Shown piece by piece: positions 40,026 through 49,555 of a stretch of 64,000 bases of DNA. The notes under the pieces were generated by a model. The model did no database searches, was not told the DNA's origin, and saw only the letters and a list, made by a program, of their open reading frames with translations. Made by a program: the position numbers and the translations under genes. The number at the start of each line of letters is the position of its first letter. Position 1 is the first letter of the stretch. The stretch covers positions 300 through 64,299 of the forward strand of contig JALHMG010000029.1 in NCBI GenBank assembly GCA_022844135.1, read 5' to 3'. The DNA is from Lysobacterales bacterium (GTDB taxonomy: Bacteria > Pseudomonadota > Gammaproteobacteria > Xanthomonadales > SZUA-5).

Positions 40026-40287
40026 CGCTGTGTCCTCCGGTTGAACTGGCCAGCGAAATTGCATCGTGCGTGCCAACGGGAGAAACCGCGTTTCGACCGG
40101 ATTGGAGCCCGAAAGGACATCGAATCGAAGGCTGGCGAAGAGCGACGATGCAGGGCGCGTCAAAGCAGGGTGAGACCCTTGTCAACGTGCGCAGATCAGC
40201 GCTTGTCCGGCGGACGTCCGCGTCCGCGTCCGCGTCAGAAACGCGAGACGGACGAGGATTTTCTGCATGTTTCTGGCGAGTTGCGCG

Positions 40288-42225
40288 TTAGCGGCTGACG
40301 ACGGGCGCGGCCCAATAGAACGGTAAGGTCATCGCCTCGGGGTCGGTCCGCGACCACCACAGCTCGGCGCGTGTCCGCCAGTCGGGTTGGCGATGTCGAG
40401 CCAGCCAGTCGCGCTGGGCGGATGCCAGCGCGATGGAGACGTCGGGCTGCTGCTGGCGCGCTTGATGGAAGGCCAGCATCATGCTCGCGGTCGCGGCATC
40501 GGGCACCGGCCAGAGCGTCGCCAGTACCGAATGCGCGCCGGCGCGATGCCAGGCACGCGCCATGCTCAATGGCCCGCCGCTGGCCAGCGTGCCGCGCTGG
40601 CTCGCGCAACCGCTGAGCACCACCAGCGTCCGTTGTCCCGCATATCGGGCGACCTCATCGTCGTGCAGCCAGCCGTCCTCGCCCTCGCCGGGCGCCAGCG
40701 CGATCATGCTGCGTTTGTCGTCCAGCGGGTGGCGCAGCATGTGCGCCGCGATGTGCACATCGGCATGCGCTGGGAGTGCGCGCAGCGCCGCTTCGCGCGC
40801 CTCGTCTCCGATCAGCAGCGCCGCCTGCGGGTACAACTCGGCGACGGCCCGCGCTTCTCGGCTCGCGCCGCCCAGGCGTCCGGCCGTGCGCGGTGCAGGA
40901 GCGACAGAAGCGCCGGGATCGCCCAGTACCCACAGCGCACTGGGCGTCGGTGTTGCCGGCGCGGTCGCCTCATGCATCCGATCTGCGCGCAGCAGGGCCG
41001 TCTCCTCGATCAGATAACGCCCGGTGCCGGCATCGACGATCAGCGCACCGAACGGCAGTGCGTGCAGCGGCCCGTCGGTCTGGAGATAGACGCGCTGACT
41101 GCCGTGCCGCCATGCGGGCGCAATCAATTGCCGATAGAGCTGCGCGAGACGATGCTCAAGCGCGCCTCGGTCGGCATGTTCGCGTGCCGCAATCAGCAGC
41201 AAAGCGGCGCTCACCGCTTCCTGCAGTTCCGCGTGCGTGAGGCCGATGTCGGCGACGCGAAGTTCGCCGCGGAACGAGGACAACAACAGCGTGCGGCGCT
41301 CGTGCACGACATATGACAGCAGCAAGCTGTGCTCGTCCAGCAACGGCAGTTGCGGCGGCGCACCGCGCATCCGTTGTGCCAACGACAGGGCCGCCGCCAG
41401 ATCGCCGCGATCGGCGGCGCGCTGGATCGCTTCGCGATAGAAAAACGCAAACTGGCCGGCCCACTGCGATTGAACATCGCCGTCGTCGCTTTGCCGTGCG
41501 CGCTCGGCCTCCAGCCGTTCGATTGCCGTCAGCAGCGATCGGTCCGCCGCCTGGGTCTGGCCGCGCGCCGCCTGGATATGGCTCAAGAAAAAGTGCGCAA
41601 CACCTTCAGAGACGCTGCCCGGCGCGTGGCGCTGGCGCAAGGCCAATGCCTCGTCGATCGCAACGCCCGCCGCGGATACCTCGCCGCGAACGATTTCCGC
41701 ATAAGCCAGATAACAGAGGAGCTGCGCTCTCAACAGCGCCGGTAGGTCTGGCTCCAGTGCCGGCAACAGCTCATCGCGGGCGCGGTCGGCTAAACCCATG
41801 GCCAGATAGACAGCCGCGAGCGCGTAGGCGCGTTCGGCCCGTATCGCAACGTTGGCGCTTTGGACGCCCAACAGCGCCGTTTCCGCTGAGCGCAGATCGC
41901 CCTGCTCGAAGCGCGATTGTGCCAGCGCGATGACCGCTCGCTGCTTGAGCGGCGACGTGTCGGACAATCGTGCGCCGTGGTCGTCGAACCAGCGCAGCAT
42001 GCGCTGCTCGGCGAAGACGAACTGGCCGCGACGCAAAACGATGCGCGCCGCTTCCAGGTCGATGGCGGCGGGATCGGTTTGATCGCTCAGGGCCTGAAGT
42101 TGCGCTTCCGCCTCGCCTAAGCGGCGTTGCTCGCTCAGCCGTTCGACCTCCGCCAAACTCGTCGCCCAGAGTGGCGTGAGTGTCGCGCTGGCCAATAGCC
42201 ACAGTGCGATCCGGACGAGGACCAT
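40288..42225 (-). CDS. Secreted TPR-CHAT (caspase-like) protease
   Basis: Signal peptide, TPR-like helices, DGPLHALPFGAL, His in VHIAAH and Cys in VVLSGCAS, ATLWPVPD, PFYWAA. Confidence 0.88.
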   Translation of the reverse strand: MVLVRIALWLLASATLTPLWATSLAEVERLSEQRRLGEAEAQLQALSDQTDPAAIDLEAARIVLRRGQFVFAEQRMLRWFDDHGARLSDTSPLKQRAVIALAQSRFEQGDLRSAETALLGVQSANVAIRAERAYALAAVYLAMGLADRARDELLPALEPDLPALLRAQLLCYLAYAEIVRGEVSAAGVAIDEALALRQRHAPGSVSEGVAHFFLSHIQAARGQTQAADRSLLTAIERLEAERARQSDDGDVQSQWAGQFAFFYREAIQRAADRGDLAAALSLAQRMRGAPPQLPLLDEHSLLLSYVVHERRTLLLSSFRGELRVADIGLTHAELQEAVSAALLLIAAREHADRGALEHRLAQLYRQLIAPAWRHGSQRVYLQTDGPLHALPFGALIVDAGTGRYLIEETALLRADRMHEATAPATPTPSALWVLGDPGASVAPAPRTAGRLGGASREARAVAELYPQAALLIGDEAREAALRALPAHADVHIAAHMLRHPLDDKRSMIALAPGEGEDGWLHDDEVARYAGQRTLVVLSGCASQRGTLASGGPLSMARAWHRAGAHSVLATLWPVPDAATASMMLAFHQARQQQPDVSIALASAQRDWLARHRQPDWRTRAELWWSRTDPEAMTLPFYWAAPVVSR

Positions 42226-42229
42226 GGGT

Positions 42230-42814
42230 CTATTTCACCCGGAAATGGAACGGACCCAGTTCGTCGGCCGCGCAGCTCACGGTCCACAAATAGTCGCCGG
42301 ATGGCAGCGGCGAATCTACGGTCGCACGGCCACCGCGAACCCCGTCGCTGCGCCAGACGCGCTCGCCCGTGGGTCGGCGCACGTCCACGCGACAGATGGC
42401 GCCCGCTGCGATCGTCCAGCGGAACTCGCTCGGCGAGCTGGCGAGCTCGCTGCCGATGTCCGGATAGAGTGCCCCGGCGCCGCCGCGCAGCACCTCGTCG
42501 GCGCCTGGCGGTCGCAACAGCGTCACGATGGTCCCGGCGCCGAGTGCCAGCAGCACACTGGCCGCCAGCGCCCAATGCCGTGGGAAGCGCCTGCGACCAT
42601 CCATCTTGGCGTGTGTCGACCCCTGCGTCTGCAGTCCCAGCTCGATCTGCGCAATCGCCGCGCAGCGCGTGCAGTTCGAAAGCGCCGCCAAGGTGTCGGC
42701 GTCTCCGGCGCCGCGCGTCGCGGCGGCGATTGCCTCGGCACTCGGGCAACCCTTGCCCTCGCGTGGGCACGCGCTCGCGTGCTGCTGAAACGCTGTCGCC
42801 AGCACGTCATTCAT
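42230..42814 (-). CDS. Putative transmembrane anti-sigma factor
   Basis: CPS...NCTRC zinc-finger-like N-terminus, TM WALAASVLLALGAGTIVTLL, VLRGG linker, small beta-rich periplasmic domain. Overlaps the ECF stop. Confidence 0.7.
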   Translation of the reverse strand: MNDVLATAFQQHASACPREGKGCPSAEAIAAATRGAGDADTLAALSNCTRCAAIAQIELGLQTQGSTHAKMDGRRRFPRHWALAASVLLALGAGTIVTLLRPPGADEVLRGGAGALYPDIGSELASSPSEFRWTIAAGAICRVDVRRPTGERVWRSDGVRGGRATVDSPLPSGDYLWTVSCAADELGPFHFRVK

Positions 42815-43307
42815 AGCTCGCTCCCCATTGCTGCAAGGTGGCCTTGAGTTCGTCCAGGCCGCGATACACCAGATTGCGTACGGTTGCCTCGCTCTCGCCT
42901 TCCATGACCGCGATCTGCGCCAGGTCGAAACCTTGCAGATGCAAAGCCACCGGACGTCGCCGACGTTGAGGCAACTGCGCCAGGGCGCGCGCGATCAGCG
43001 CACCCAGCTGCGCAGATCGCGTTTGCGCGTCGGCGTTGTCCGAGACCGCGACATCCTCAGGGAGCGGCTGCGGCGCGCGCCGCAGTTTGCGAATGTGGTC
43101 CACGATCACGCTCATCACCGCACGATGCAAGTAAGACGGCGGATGGACGATGGTGTTCTCGCGCTCCAGCACACGCCACAGCTTGAGACGCACCTCCTGT
43201 TCGATCTCGTCTGCGTCCAGACCCAGCGCCGGCGACACGCGCGAACGTACCAGCGAGCGCAAGGGCTTGCAGAGCTCCGTCAGTAGCGCATCCAGGCGAG
43301 CGGTCAT
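42807..43307 (-). CDS. ECF sigma factor
   Basis: DADEIEQEVRLKLW, SYLHRAVMSVIVDHIRK, ALAQLP, TVRNLVYRGLDELK. Start at ATG 43307 or TTG 43343. Confidence 0.88.
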   Translation of the reverse strand: MTARLDALLTELCKPLRSLVRSRVSPALGLDADEIEQEVRLKLWRVLERENTIVHPPSYLHRAVMSVIVDHIRKLRRAPQPLPEDVAVSDNADAQTRSAQLGALIARALAQLPQRRRRPVALHLQGFDLAQIAVMEGESEATVRNLVYRGLDELKATLQQWGASYE

Positions 43308-43346
43308 CCAGGCATCAAAACACCGCAAAGCCTGTCGCAGCAAGCC

Positions 43347-46097
43347 TCATTCGAAACCATCCGCGAGCATCGCACTGGGGCCGGTCTGCAAACTTTGGAA
43401 CCACTGCTCGAAGTTCAGGTTTGCATACGACTGCAGGTTGTTGCTGCGCTCCAGTTCGAACTGGATGGCGGCCGCCAGTTCGGGCGAGCCGCGTTGCGCC
43501 CAGCCTTCCCAGACCGTGCGTGCGCTGGCAAGCATCTGCGGACTGAGCACGTAGTCGCTGCCGTCGCCTTCGGCGAAGGCATTGAGTGCGGGAAACAGGT
43601 CGGCGAAGGTGCGTTGCCGCGCCTCGAAGTGTTCCGCAAAGCCTAAGGTGGTCCCGAGAATCTCTGCTGCATGGCGGTGGTACAGATCGAGGTAATAGCG
43701 GCCCGCAGGCGTGGCCTGGAAACGTCCATGCAGCCTGGCCAGAAGTGGCAACTGCCCGCTGCCACGCTGGGTGTCGAAACCAGATCCGGGATTGCAGCGA
43801 TTGACCAACTGGCAAACGCAGAGCCACAGGATGAACTGACCCGATCGCATGTTAGTGGGTGCCAATGGGGCGCCAAAGCTTGGCGTACCGTAATGCGTGG
43901 CGATGGACATCGTGCCTTGGAGATCGATGAACGCCAGTCGGGTGTTGCCATACTGCGTCATCGCCAAGCGCTGACCGGTTGAGGCCGCGCCGAGCGGTTC
44001 GGCTTGCCAGATATCGCCTCCGTCCGCTTGCGCCAGGCGGATTCGGCGTTCTCCGGTTTGATCGTAGGTAAATAACAAGCGCGGCTGCGCGCCGCCTCGT
44101 TGCACATGCCTGAGTTGGGCATCGCGCATTTGGCGCTCAGCAGAGGGCGAGATGATCTCGCCCGCAATCCGAGTCCAGGAGCCATTTACCCAAATGGCAT
44201 AGTCCAGCCGATGCGTGCCGGAAAAAGAGACCGAATAGGCGATGGCCGGGCGGTCCAATTGCGCGACGTCCAATGCCACCACCTGCGCGCCGTAAATCGA
44301 AAGTCCCGCATCGTTCAGCGGCGCCAACAGCGTTTCCGTGAGCACACCTGAGGGCCAGTCGGCGTCGATGCGCAGTACCCGGATTCCGCTGGTCCCGTCG
44401 CCCGCCGGATCATGGCCGGCAACGAACAACGATCCAGGAAAGCCGGTCGCAGCAAGACGAACGCGCGTCAGGCCGTCCGCGGCGACGAGCCAACGCGGCG
44501 CGTTGGCCGCAAGCCCTTGCGTCCATATGCGCGAGTGGGCCCCGTGGCGCAGCAGGACAAAGGCCCGACCGTCCGGCCCCAGCGCGAGGTCGAAGTCATC
44601 AGCGAGCGGCCCGCCGAGCGCCTGGATACTCCAATCGGAGCCGGTCCAGAATGCATAGTGCACTTGCCCGTTCGCGCTTTTCAGTGCCAGATGTGGGCGA
44701 TCCAGGGAATCGACGTCCAGCCTGACATCGTCGACATCCAAAGCTGGCGGCAAGGGGCGCTCGCTGAAACCACCATCAACCACAGTCCACACGCTGCCGC
44801 TGCCGTTCGGTACATGCTGCGCATAAAAGACGGGTGCTCCAGAACTATCCTCGGTCAACGCCAGAACACTGTCGGCAGAAAGTCCACTCGGGCCTTGCCT
44901 GATCACCCAAGGTGGCAACTCGCGCACCCACACCAGGTCTCGATGGTTGCTGAAATCCAGCGCCAGCGCATGCAGCTGGCCTTCGCTGTCATAAGCGACG
45001 TCATGCACCTTCGCGAGCGAATGGATCGCCAGCTCGGAAAACGTCGCGCCGGATCTTTCGCGAAAGAGGCGGTATCGCTGGTTAAGATCATTGAAGGTCA
45101 ACGCCCACTGCTGACCGGGCCCGACGGCCAGCGCGTTGGGCGCGAGACCTTGCGCGGTGAGCGCAGTCAGGATCGGAGCGCATGATCCAGCGCAAACGAA
45201 CTGTGTTGATCCAGCCACGCGCACCCTGCGCTGCACGATATGCGGCGGCGGTGCGCCAATGCTTGGGGGCGGCCGGGCGATGACGATTGCGATCTCAGAA
45301 CTGCCATCGGCCCGCGTGGCGAAGTATTGCCATTGCAGACGATCGCCGTTGCCCGGTACGAAGGTCGCAATCGGTTGATCGGCAACTTGCGATCCCGCGA
45401 TGCGCGCCCAACGCACCTGGTGCGAACTGGAATCGAGTTCAGCGTAGACCAATTCGGGGTGAGCCAGCGTGCCGATGGGTTGCACGGCAAACGCCGGTCG
45501 CGATGCTGTCGAGGTGACGCCAAACGGCGCTACAGCTGACCAGGTGCCGAGCGCTCGTTGCTGAACTCGCAGCACACCGACGCCATCGCTGCGCGCCGTA
45601 TCGATCCACGCTGCGATCGGCTCGCTTGCCGCGTTCATGGTCAGCGTGGGTGTCGCAACGTTGCCGACATCCAGCACATGGCGCACAGGCGCACCCGGAA
45701 TGGCTTCGATGTGCACCAAGGCATCGTCCGCCGTTCCGGCGCCATGCGGCTCGATCAGCAGCACATGCACCCGCCCGCTGGCGTTGATTGCGATTCGCAA
45801 GTCGCGAGCGTTATCGCCAATCGTGCCCACCATCGGTACGGAGCCGATGCGCTCGCGTTGCCAGGTCCAGCCATCGTAGCGACGCAAATACAGCTCCGCA
45901 GGACGCACTGCGGTCTGGTCCAGGGTGGCTGTATCGATCAGCGCAACTACCGGGTGGTCGGTCTGTGGATCGATGGCCATGGCGGCATAACCGTCGGTCG
46001 CGCCGAGCGACTCGACAATCTCATAACGCGCAGCCAGGGGCGCGTCCGGAAAACTGATCGCAGGCAGCGCGACAGCGAGCAACAGAGCAAGACTCAC
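43347..46097 (-). CDS. Secreted beta-propeller-like protein with Cys/CFI-box-like C-terminal region and MLADGFE tail
   Basis: Signal-like start, repeated DxxGxxH/YA.W.G..W blades, CVCQLVNRC...ATPAGRYYLDLYHRHAAEI, then SAMLADGFE-stop. Directly upstream of the ECF gene. Confidence 0.8.
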   Translation of the reverse strand: MSLALLLAVALPAISFPDAPLAARYEIVESLGATDGYAAMAIDPQTDHPVVALIDTATLDQTAVRPAELYLRRYDGWTWQRERIGSVPMVGTIGDNARDLRIAINASGRVHVLLIEPHGAGTADDALVHIEAIPGAPVRHVLDVGNVATPTLTMNAASEPIAAWIDTARSDGVGVLRVQQRALGTWSAVAPFGVTSTASRPAFAVQPIGTLAHPELVYAELDSSSHQVRWARIAGSQVADQPIATFVPGNGDRLQWQYFATRADGSSEIAIVIARPPPSIGAPPPHIVQRRVRVAGSTQFVCAGSCAPILTALTAQGLAPNALAVGPGQQWALTFNDLNQRYRLFRERSGATFSELAIHSLAKVHDVAYDSEGQLHALALDFSNHRDLVWVRELPPWVIRQGPSGLSADSVLALTEDSSGAPVFYAQHVPNGSGSVWTVVDGGFSERPLPPALDVDDVRLDVDSLDRPHLALKSANGQVHYAFWTGSDWSIQALGGPLADDFDLALGPDGRAFVLLRHGAHSRIWTQGLAANAPRWLVAADGLTRVRLAATGFPGSLFVAGHDPAGDGTSGIRVLRIDADWPSGVLTETLLAPLNDAGLSIYGAQVVALDVAQLDRPAIAYSVSFSGTHRLDYAIWVNGSWTRIAGEIISPSAERQMRDAQLRHVQRGGAQPRLLFTYDQTGERRIRLAQADGGDIWQAEPLGAASTGQRLAMTQYGNTRLAFIDLQGTMSIATHYGTPSFGAPLAPTNMRSGQFILWLCVCQLVNRCNPGSGFDTQRGSGQLPLLARLHGRFQATPAGRYYLDLYHRHAAEILGTTLGFAEHFEARQRTFADLFPALNAFAEGDGSDYVLSPQMLASARTVWEGWAQRGSPELAAAIQFELERSNNLQSYANLNFEQWFQSLQTGPSAMLADGFE

Positions 46098-46126
46098 GGC
46101 GGGATCCGAGCAGGAAGTCCCTGGCT

Positions 46127-46153
46127 AGACGAACGCGAGCGGGGGTTTTTCTC
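46127..46153 (-). promoter_or_regulatory. Putative ECF promoter, class 3 (GAGAAA-N14-TTCGTCT)
   Basis: Minus strand GAGAAA-AACCCCCGCTCGCG-TTCGTCT, ~30 bp upstream of the 46097 start; twin at 48668-48694. Confidence 0.65.
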
Positions 46154-46259
46154 GCGGGCCATGGCACCCATGCGCGAGCGTGTGGGAACACCATCCGAAA
46201 CGAATGGGCGCGACGCCGGGCGCTGCAGAAACTCGACCCGAGATCCGACGCACCGCGCG

Positions 46260-46769
46260 TTAGGTTCGCGCTTTCCGCCATCGCCAGATCGTGCCCACCT
46301 CGCTATTCGGATACGCGCCGACGAAACTCATTCCCGATTTGACCAGCACCGAATTCGAAGCATTTCGCTCGGCCAAGGTGTGCGCAATGACGCTCTGGAT
46401 GCCAGGCGCCGCAAAGGCCCTGGCCATTAGCCACGCGACCGCCGCCGTTGCGAAACCCTGACGGCGAAAAGCCGGGGCGACCTCGTAGCCGATCTCGATC
46501 TCGCCATCGCGAGGCGCGCCGCAGTAGCCACCGTTGCCGACCACAAGGCCGCGTTCGCGGGAAACGAAAAAGTACGCCGGCCATTCCGGTGTTGCCGGGT
46601 CTGGCGAGTCGGGGTCGAACGCCTCAGGGAAGGCTGGCCATTGGTCGGGCAAGTCGAAGCCGAGTAAGGCTGCCAGCTGCGCGCGGCCGCTCGCCAGTGC
46701 AGCCTTGTGCACGCGGCGAACTTCGATGAACGCCAGTGACCGGCTTGGGGATTCAATCGTCTGTGGCAT
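46260..46769 (-). CDS. GNAT (RimJ/RimL-type) N-acetyltransferase
   Basis: VVGNGGY, EIEIGYEVAPAFRRQGFAT, NASNSVLVKSGM. Confidence 0.88.
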   Translation of the reverse strand: MPQTIESPSRSLAFIEVRRVHKAALASGRAQLAALLGFDLPDQWPAFPEAFDPDSPDPATPEWPAYFFVSRERGLVVGNGGYCGAPRDGEIEIGYEVAPAFRRQGFATAAVAWLMARAFAAPGIQSVIAHTLAERNASNSVLVKSGMSFVGAYPNSEVGTIWRWRKART

Positions 46770-46791
46770 CGGCGCGGTGGTCGGAGGGCGG

Positions 46792-48543
46792 TTATTCGAA
46801 GCCATTGTTGAACACCGAATCGATAAAGTCTCGAATCACGATCTCCGCGCTCGACGGCGCGCCGGGCAGATAACTGCTCGACGGTCCCAGACTCAGGCGC
46901 ACCGTTTCCGGGCCTTCGATCTGCAGATCGAAGATCGGGCGAAGCACCAGGGTCGAGCTCGATTGGTTCAGCGGCAGCGAAGCCGCGGTCGAGATGAACT
47001 CGTAGTCGACGCTATTGCTGGCGGTGCCGCCCACCGACAGCACGATCGGCAGGCTGGCTTCGATATTGCCGCCCGTGCGAGTGAACAAAAAGCTCCCAGT
47101 GTCGCCCGGCGCCTCGCTGGCGTCGCCGTCTGACACGCTGACGGACAGAACGGGTGGATCGTCGAGCAGGGCCAGATCGACCGTGGCATTGCCATCGACC
47201 AGATAGTTGCCGGGACTGCTGGCGACACCCAGCACCACCGACTCCGTGCCTTCGACGAGATTGTCGGCGAAGGGCAGGACGGTGACGGCCACGCTATCGC
47301 TGTCGGCGCCGATGGTGGCGGACGCGCTCAGGAACTGAAAGTCTGCGCTGTTGCTCGCCGTGCCCGCCCGCAACAGGCTGATGCTCAGCGCGCTGGCCCG
47401 GTTGCCGCCGGTTCGAGTCACGGTAACGTGTGCCGGATTGAGGCCGAGTTCTGCGGCTTGCGTATCGTTCGACGCGACCGTCAGGCGCGGCGGATCGTCG
47501 GCCAGGGACACATCGATGGTCGCGTTGCCGTCGACCAGATAGTTGCCGGGGCTGCTGGCCACGCCGAGGACCACCGTCTCGGTCCCCTCGACGAGATTGT
47601 CGGCGAGCGGCGCGACGGTGATCGCGACGCTATCGGCGTTAGCGCCGATGGTGGAGGAGGCGCCAAGGAATTGGTAGTCCGAGCTGTTGCTCGCTGACCC
47701 GGTGCGCGCCAGCGAAACACTCAGCGGAGAGGCGCGATTGCCGCCGCTGCGGGTGATGGTGACTTGCGCAGGGTTGAGCCCCAGTTCTGCCGCCTGCGTA
47801 TCGGCCGATGTGACGGTCAGCCGCGGCGGATCGTCGGCCAGGGTGAGATCGATGGTTGCGCTGCCGTCGATCAGATAGTTGCCGGGGCTGCTGGCCACAC
47901 CCAGCACCACGGTCTCCGTCCCTTCGACGACATTGTCTGCAAGCGGCGTCAGCGCAATCGACACGCTGTCCGTCTGGGCCGGAATCGACGTTCCGGCGGG
48001 AATGAACTGGTAGTCGCTCGCGTTGCTGGCCGATCCCGAACGGGCCAGCGTGACGCTGAGCGGGCTCGCCCGATTGCCGCCGCTGCGCGAAATGATCAAC
48101 GCCGCCGGATCGAGCCCCAGTTCCGCCGCCGCCGCATCGACGGCGCTGACGCTCAGTCGTGGCGGGTCGTCGCTCAGGTTCACCGTTGCGACGTTGGCCA
48201 CGCCGACGCTGTAGGCGGCACTCGGCATCACTTCCAGCACGATGCTCTCGGCGCCCTCGACCGCATTGTCCGCGAACGGCCGCACCTCGATCAGTTGCGA
48301 CGCTGCGTTGACCGGGATCTGGACGCTGGCTTGCAGAAATTCGTAATCGTTGCCGTTGCTGGCACTGCCGGATCGCCCCAGCACCACCGAGAGCGATTGC
48401 GCCGTGCTGCCGGTGCGTGAGACCAGAACCTGTCCGGCCACCAGGCCCGCCTCGGCGGCCTGCGGTTGCAGCGCAGCGATCGAGACCGTCTGGGCGCTGA
48501 GCGAATCCGCCAGCAAAGCGATGGCCAGTAATGCGATACGCAT
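46792..48543 (-). CDS. Secreted Calx-beta-like repeat protein (5 units) with VFNNGFE tail
   Basis: GGAG RBS, signal peptide MRIALLAIALLADSLSA, five GSASNxxDY...ADNxVEGxE-type units, then DFIDSVFNNGFE-stop. Confidence 0.88.
   Translation of the reverse strand: MRIALLAIALLADSLSAQTVSIAALQPQAAEAGLVAGQVLVSRTGSTAQSLSVVLGRSGSASNGNDYEFLQASVQIPVNAASQLIEVRPFADNAVEGAESIVLEVMPSAAYSVGVANVATVNLSDDPPRLSVSAVDAAAAELGLDPAALIISRSGGNRASPLSVTLARSGSASNASDYQFIPAGTSIPAQTDSVSIALTPLADNVVEGTETVVLGVASSPGNYLIDGSATIDLTLADDPPRLTVTSADTQAAELGLNPAQVTITRSGGNRASPLSVSLARTGSASNSSDYQFLGASSTIGANADSVAITVAPLADNLVEGTETVVLGVASSPGNYLVDGNATIDVSLADDPPRLTVASNDTQAAELGLNPAHVTVTRTGGNRASALSISLLRAGTASNSADFQFLSASATIGADSDSVAVTVLPFADNLVEGTESVVLGVASSPGNYLVDGNATVDLALLDDPPVLSVSVSDGDASEAPGDTGSFLFTRTGGNIEASLPIVLSVGGTASNSVDYEFISTAASLPLNQSSSTLVLRPIFDLQIEGPETVRLSLGPSSSYLPGAPSSAEIVIRDFIDSVFNNGFE
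46820..48490 (-). repeat. Five 336-bp (112-aa) coding tandem repeats
   Basis: The DDPP boundary recurs at about 47153, 47489, 47825 and 48161. Antisense ORFs at 47015/47351/47687/48023 show the 336-bp period. Confidence 0.88.
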
Positions 48544-48667
48544 GCGCAGGAACTCCAATGAGGTAATCACCGTGGAAACCCAGTCCGCAGGCATAAACGG
48601 CATGCCGGCGCCGGCCGCAGGCTCACCGAAGAGTCGATATCGATCCGGTTTGCCCAGGACGGAGATC

Positions 48668-48694
48668 AGACGAATGCCGGGGCTCGGCTTTCTC
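48668..48694 (-). promoter_or_regulatory. Putative ECF promoter, class 3 (GAGAAA-N14-TTCGTCT)
   Basis: Minus strand GAGAAA-GCCGAGCCCCGGCA-TTCGTCT upstream of the Calx-beta gene; twin of 46127-46153. Confidence 0.65.
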
Positions 48695-48981
48695 ACCGGA
48701 ACGCAACATCGTGCATCGGCGCGCTGACGCGCTGCGCACGGCAGTGACGGGTCAGTCTGCGATGGCAGCGTCGATCTCGCTCAGGACGCGATCGCGGAGC
48801 CGCGCTAATCGGTCGACGTAGTCGTTGTGCCGGTCTTCGAGCTGGCCGACCTTGCTGTCGAGCGCGCTCAACCTGTCGGCAGGGGTAGCACCCGCGCAAA
48901 GGCTCCAGCGCCGCGCGCGTTGACTTCGCGGCCGAACGGCGGGCACCATGCAGTTTACTCAGGCGCTCGGTTTTGCCATTC

Positions 48982-49512
48982 ATGACTGGCGGCAATGCCC
49001 CTTTGCCCGACCATCCGATTGCGGTGGATGCGGCGTTCGAGGCCGACTATCAGCGCCTGAAGGCGATGGCGCATCGGGAGCTGGCGCGCGGTCAGCCGGT
49101 CACTGTCGGCACCACGGAGCTGGTGCACGAGCTGTACCTCAAGCTGGGGAACGACCTGCAGTTCGGCGCGCCCGATCAGTTCTTTACGTACGCCGCGCGG
49201 GCGATCCGGCACATCCTGGTCGACCGCGCGCGGCACCGGCTCAGTTTCAAGTCGGGCGGCGATCGGCTGGCGGTGTCGCTCACTGATCCGGCCGTCGATG
49301 CGGTTGCCGTGGAGCCCGAGCTGGCGCTGCTGCTCGATCGTGCTCTCGACGAGTTGGCGGCGGCGAATCCGCGTGCAGCGAAGGTCGTCGAGCTGCACTA
49401 TTTCGCCGGGCTGGGTCTGGAGAAGGTGGCGCAATTGTTGGGTGTGGTGCGGCGCACCGTCGATCGCGACTGGCGTCAGGCGCGCGCTTATCTCTTATCG
49501 CAAGTGGAGTAG
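48982..49512 (+). CDS. ECF sigma factor, TIGR02999/ECF43-like (kinase-associated)
   Basis: YQRLKAMAHREL, TVGTTELVHELYLKL, AIRHILVDRAR, VVELHYFAGL, TVDRDWRQARAYL. Confidence 0.9.
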   Translation: MTGGNAPLPDHPIAVDAAFEADYQRLKAMAHRELARGQPVTVGTTELVHELYLKLGNDLQFGAPDQFFTYAARAIRHILVDRARHRLSFKSGGDRLAVSLTDPAVDAVAVEPELALLLDRALDELAAANPRAAKVVELHYFAGLGLEKVAQLLGVVRRTVDRDWRQARAYLLSQVE

Positions 49513-49518
49513 CGGTCG

Positions 49519-49550
49519 TGTCGCATTTGCGATTCGGACTGCGTTACTCG
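49519..49550 (+). promoter_or_regulatory. Putative ECF promoter, class 2 (TGTCGCA-N16-CGTTRCTCG), upstream of the kinase
   Basis: TGTCGCA-TTTGCGATTCGGACTG-CGTTACTCG; twin at 52990-53021. The ATG lies 10 nt after CGTT with no SD, so it may be leaderless. Confidence 0.7.
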
Positions 49551-49555
49551 CTGCC

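Noticed and set aside
40215-40236. (CGTCCG)n microsatellite upstream of the glutaredoxin
   Set aside because: Only about 3.5 units in GC-rich DNA; no evidence for phase variation.
46820-48490. Periodic repeats here and at 9570-10635 as a CRISPR array
   Set aside because: The periods of 336 and 264 bp are in-frame coding domain repeats, with no repeat-spacer structure and no cas genes.
48752-48949. 65-aa ORF with coiled-coil-like tail
   Set aside because: No recognisable family or RBS; possibly a fragment.
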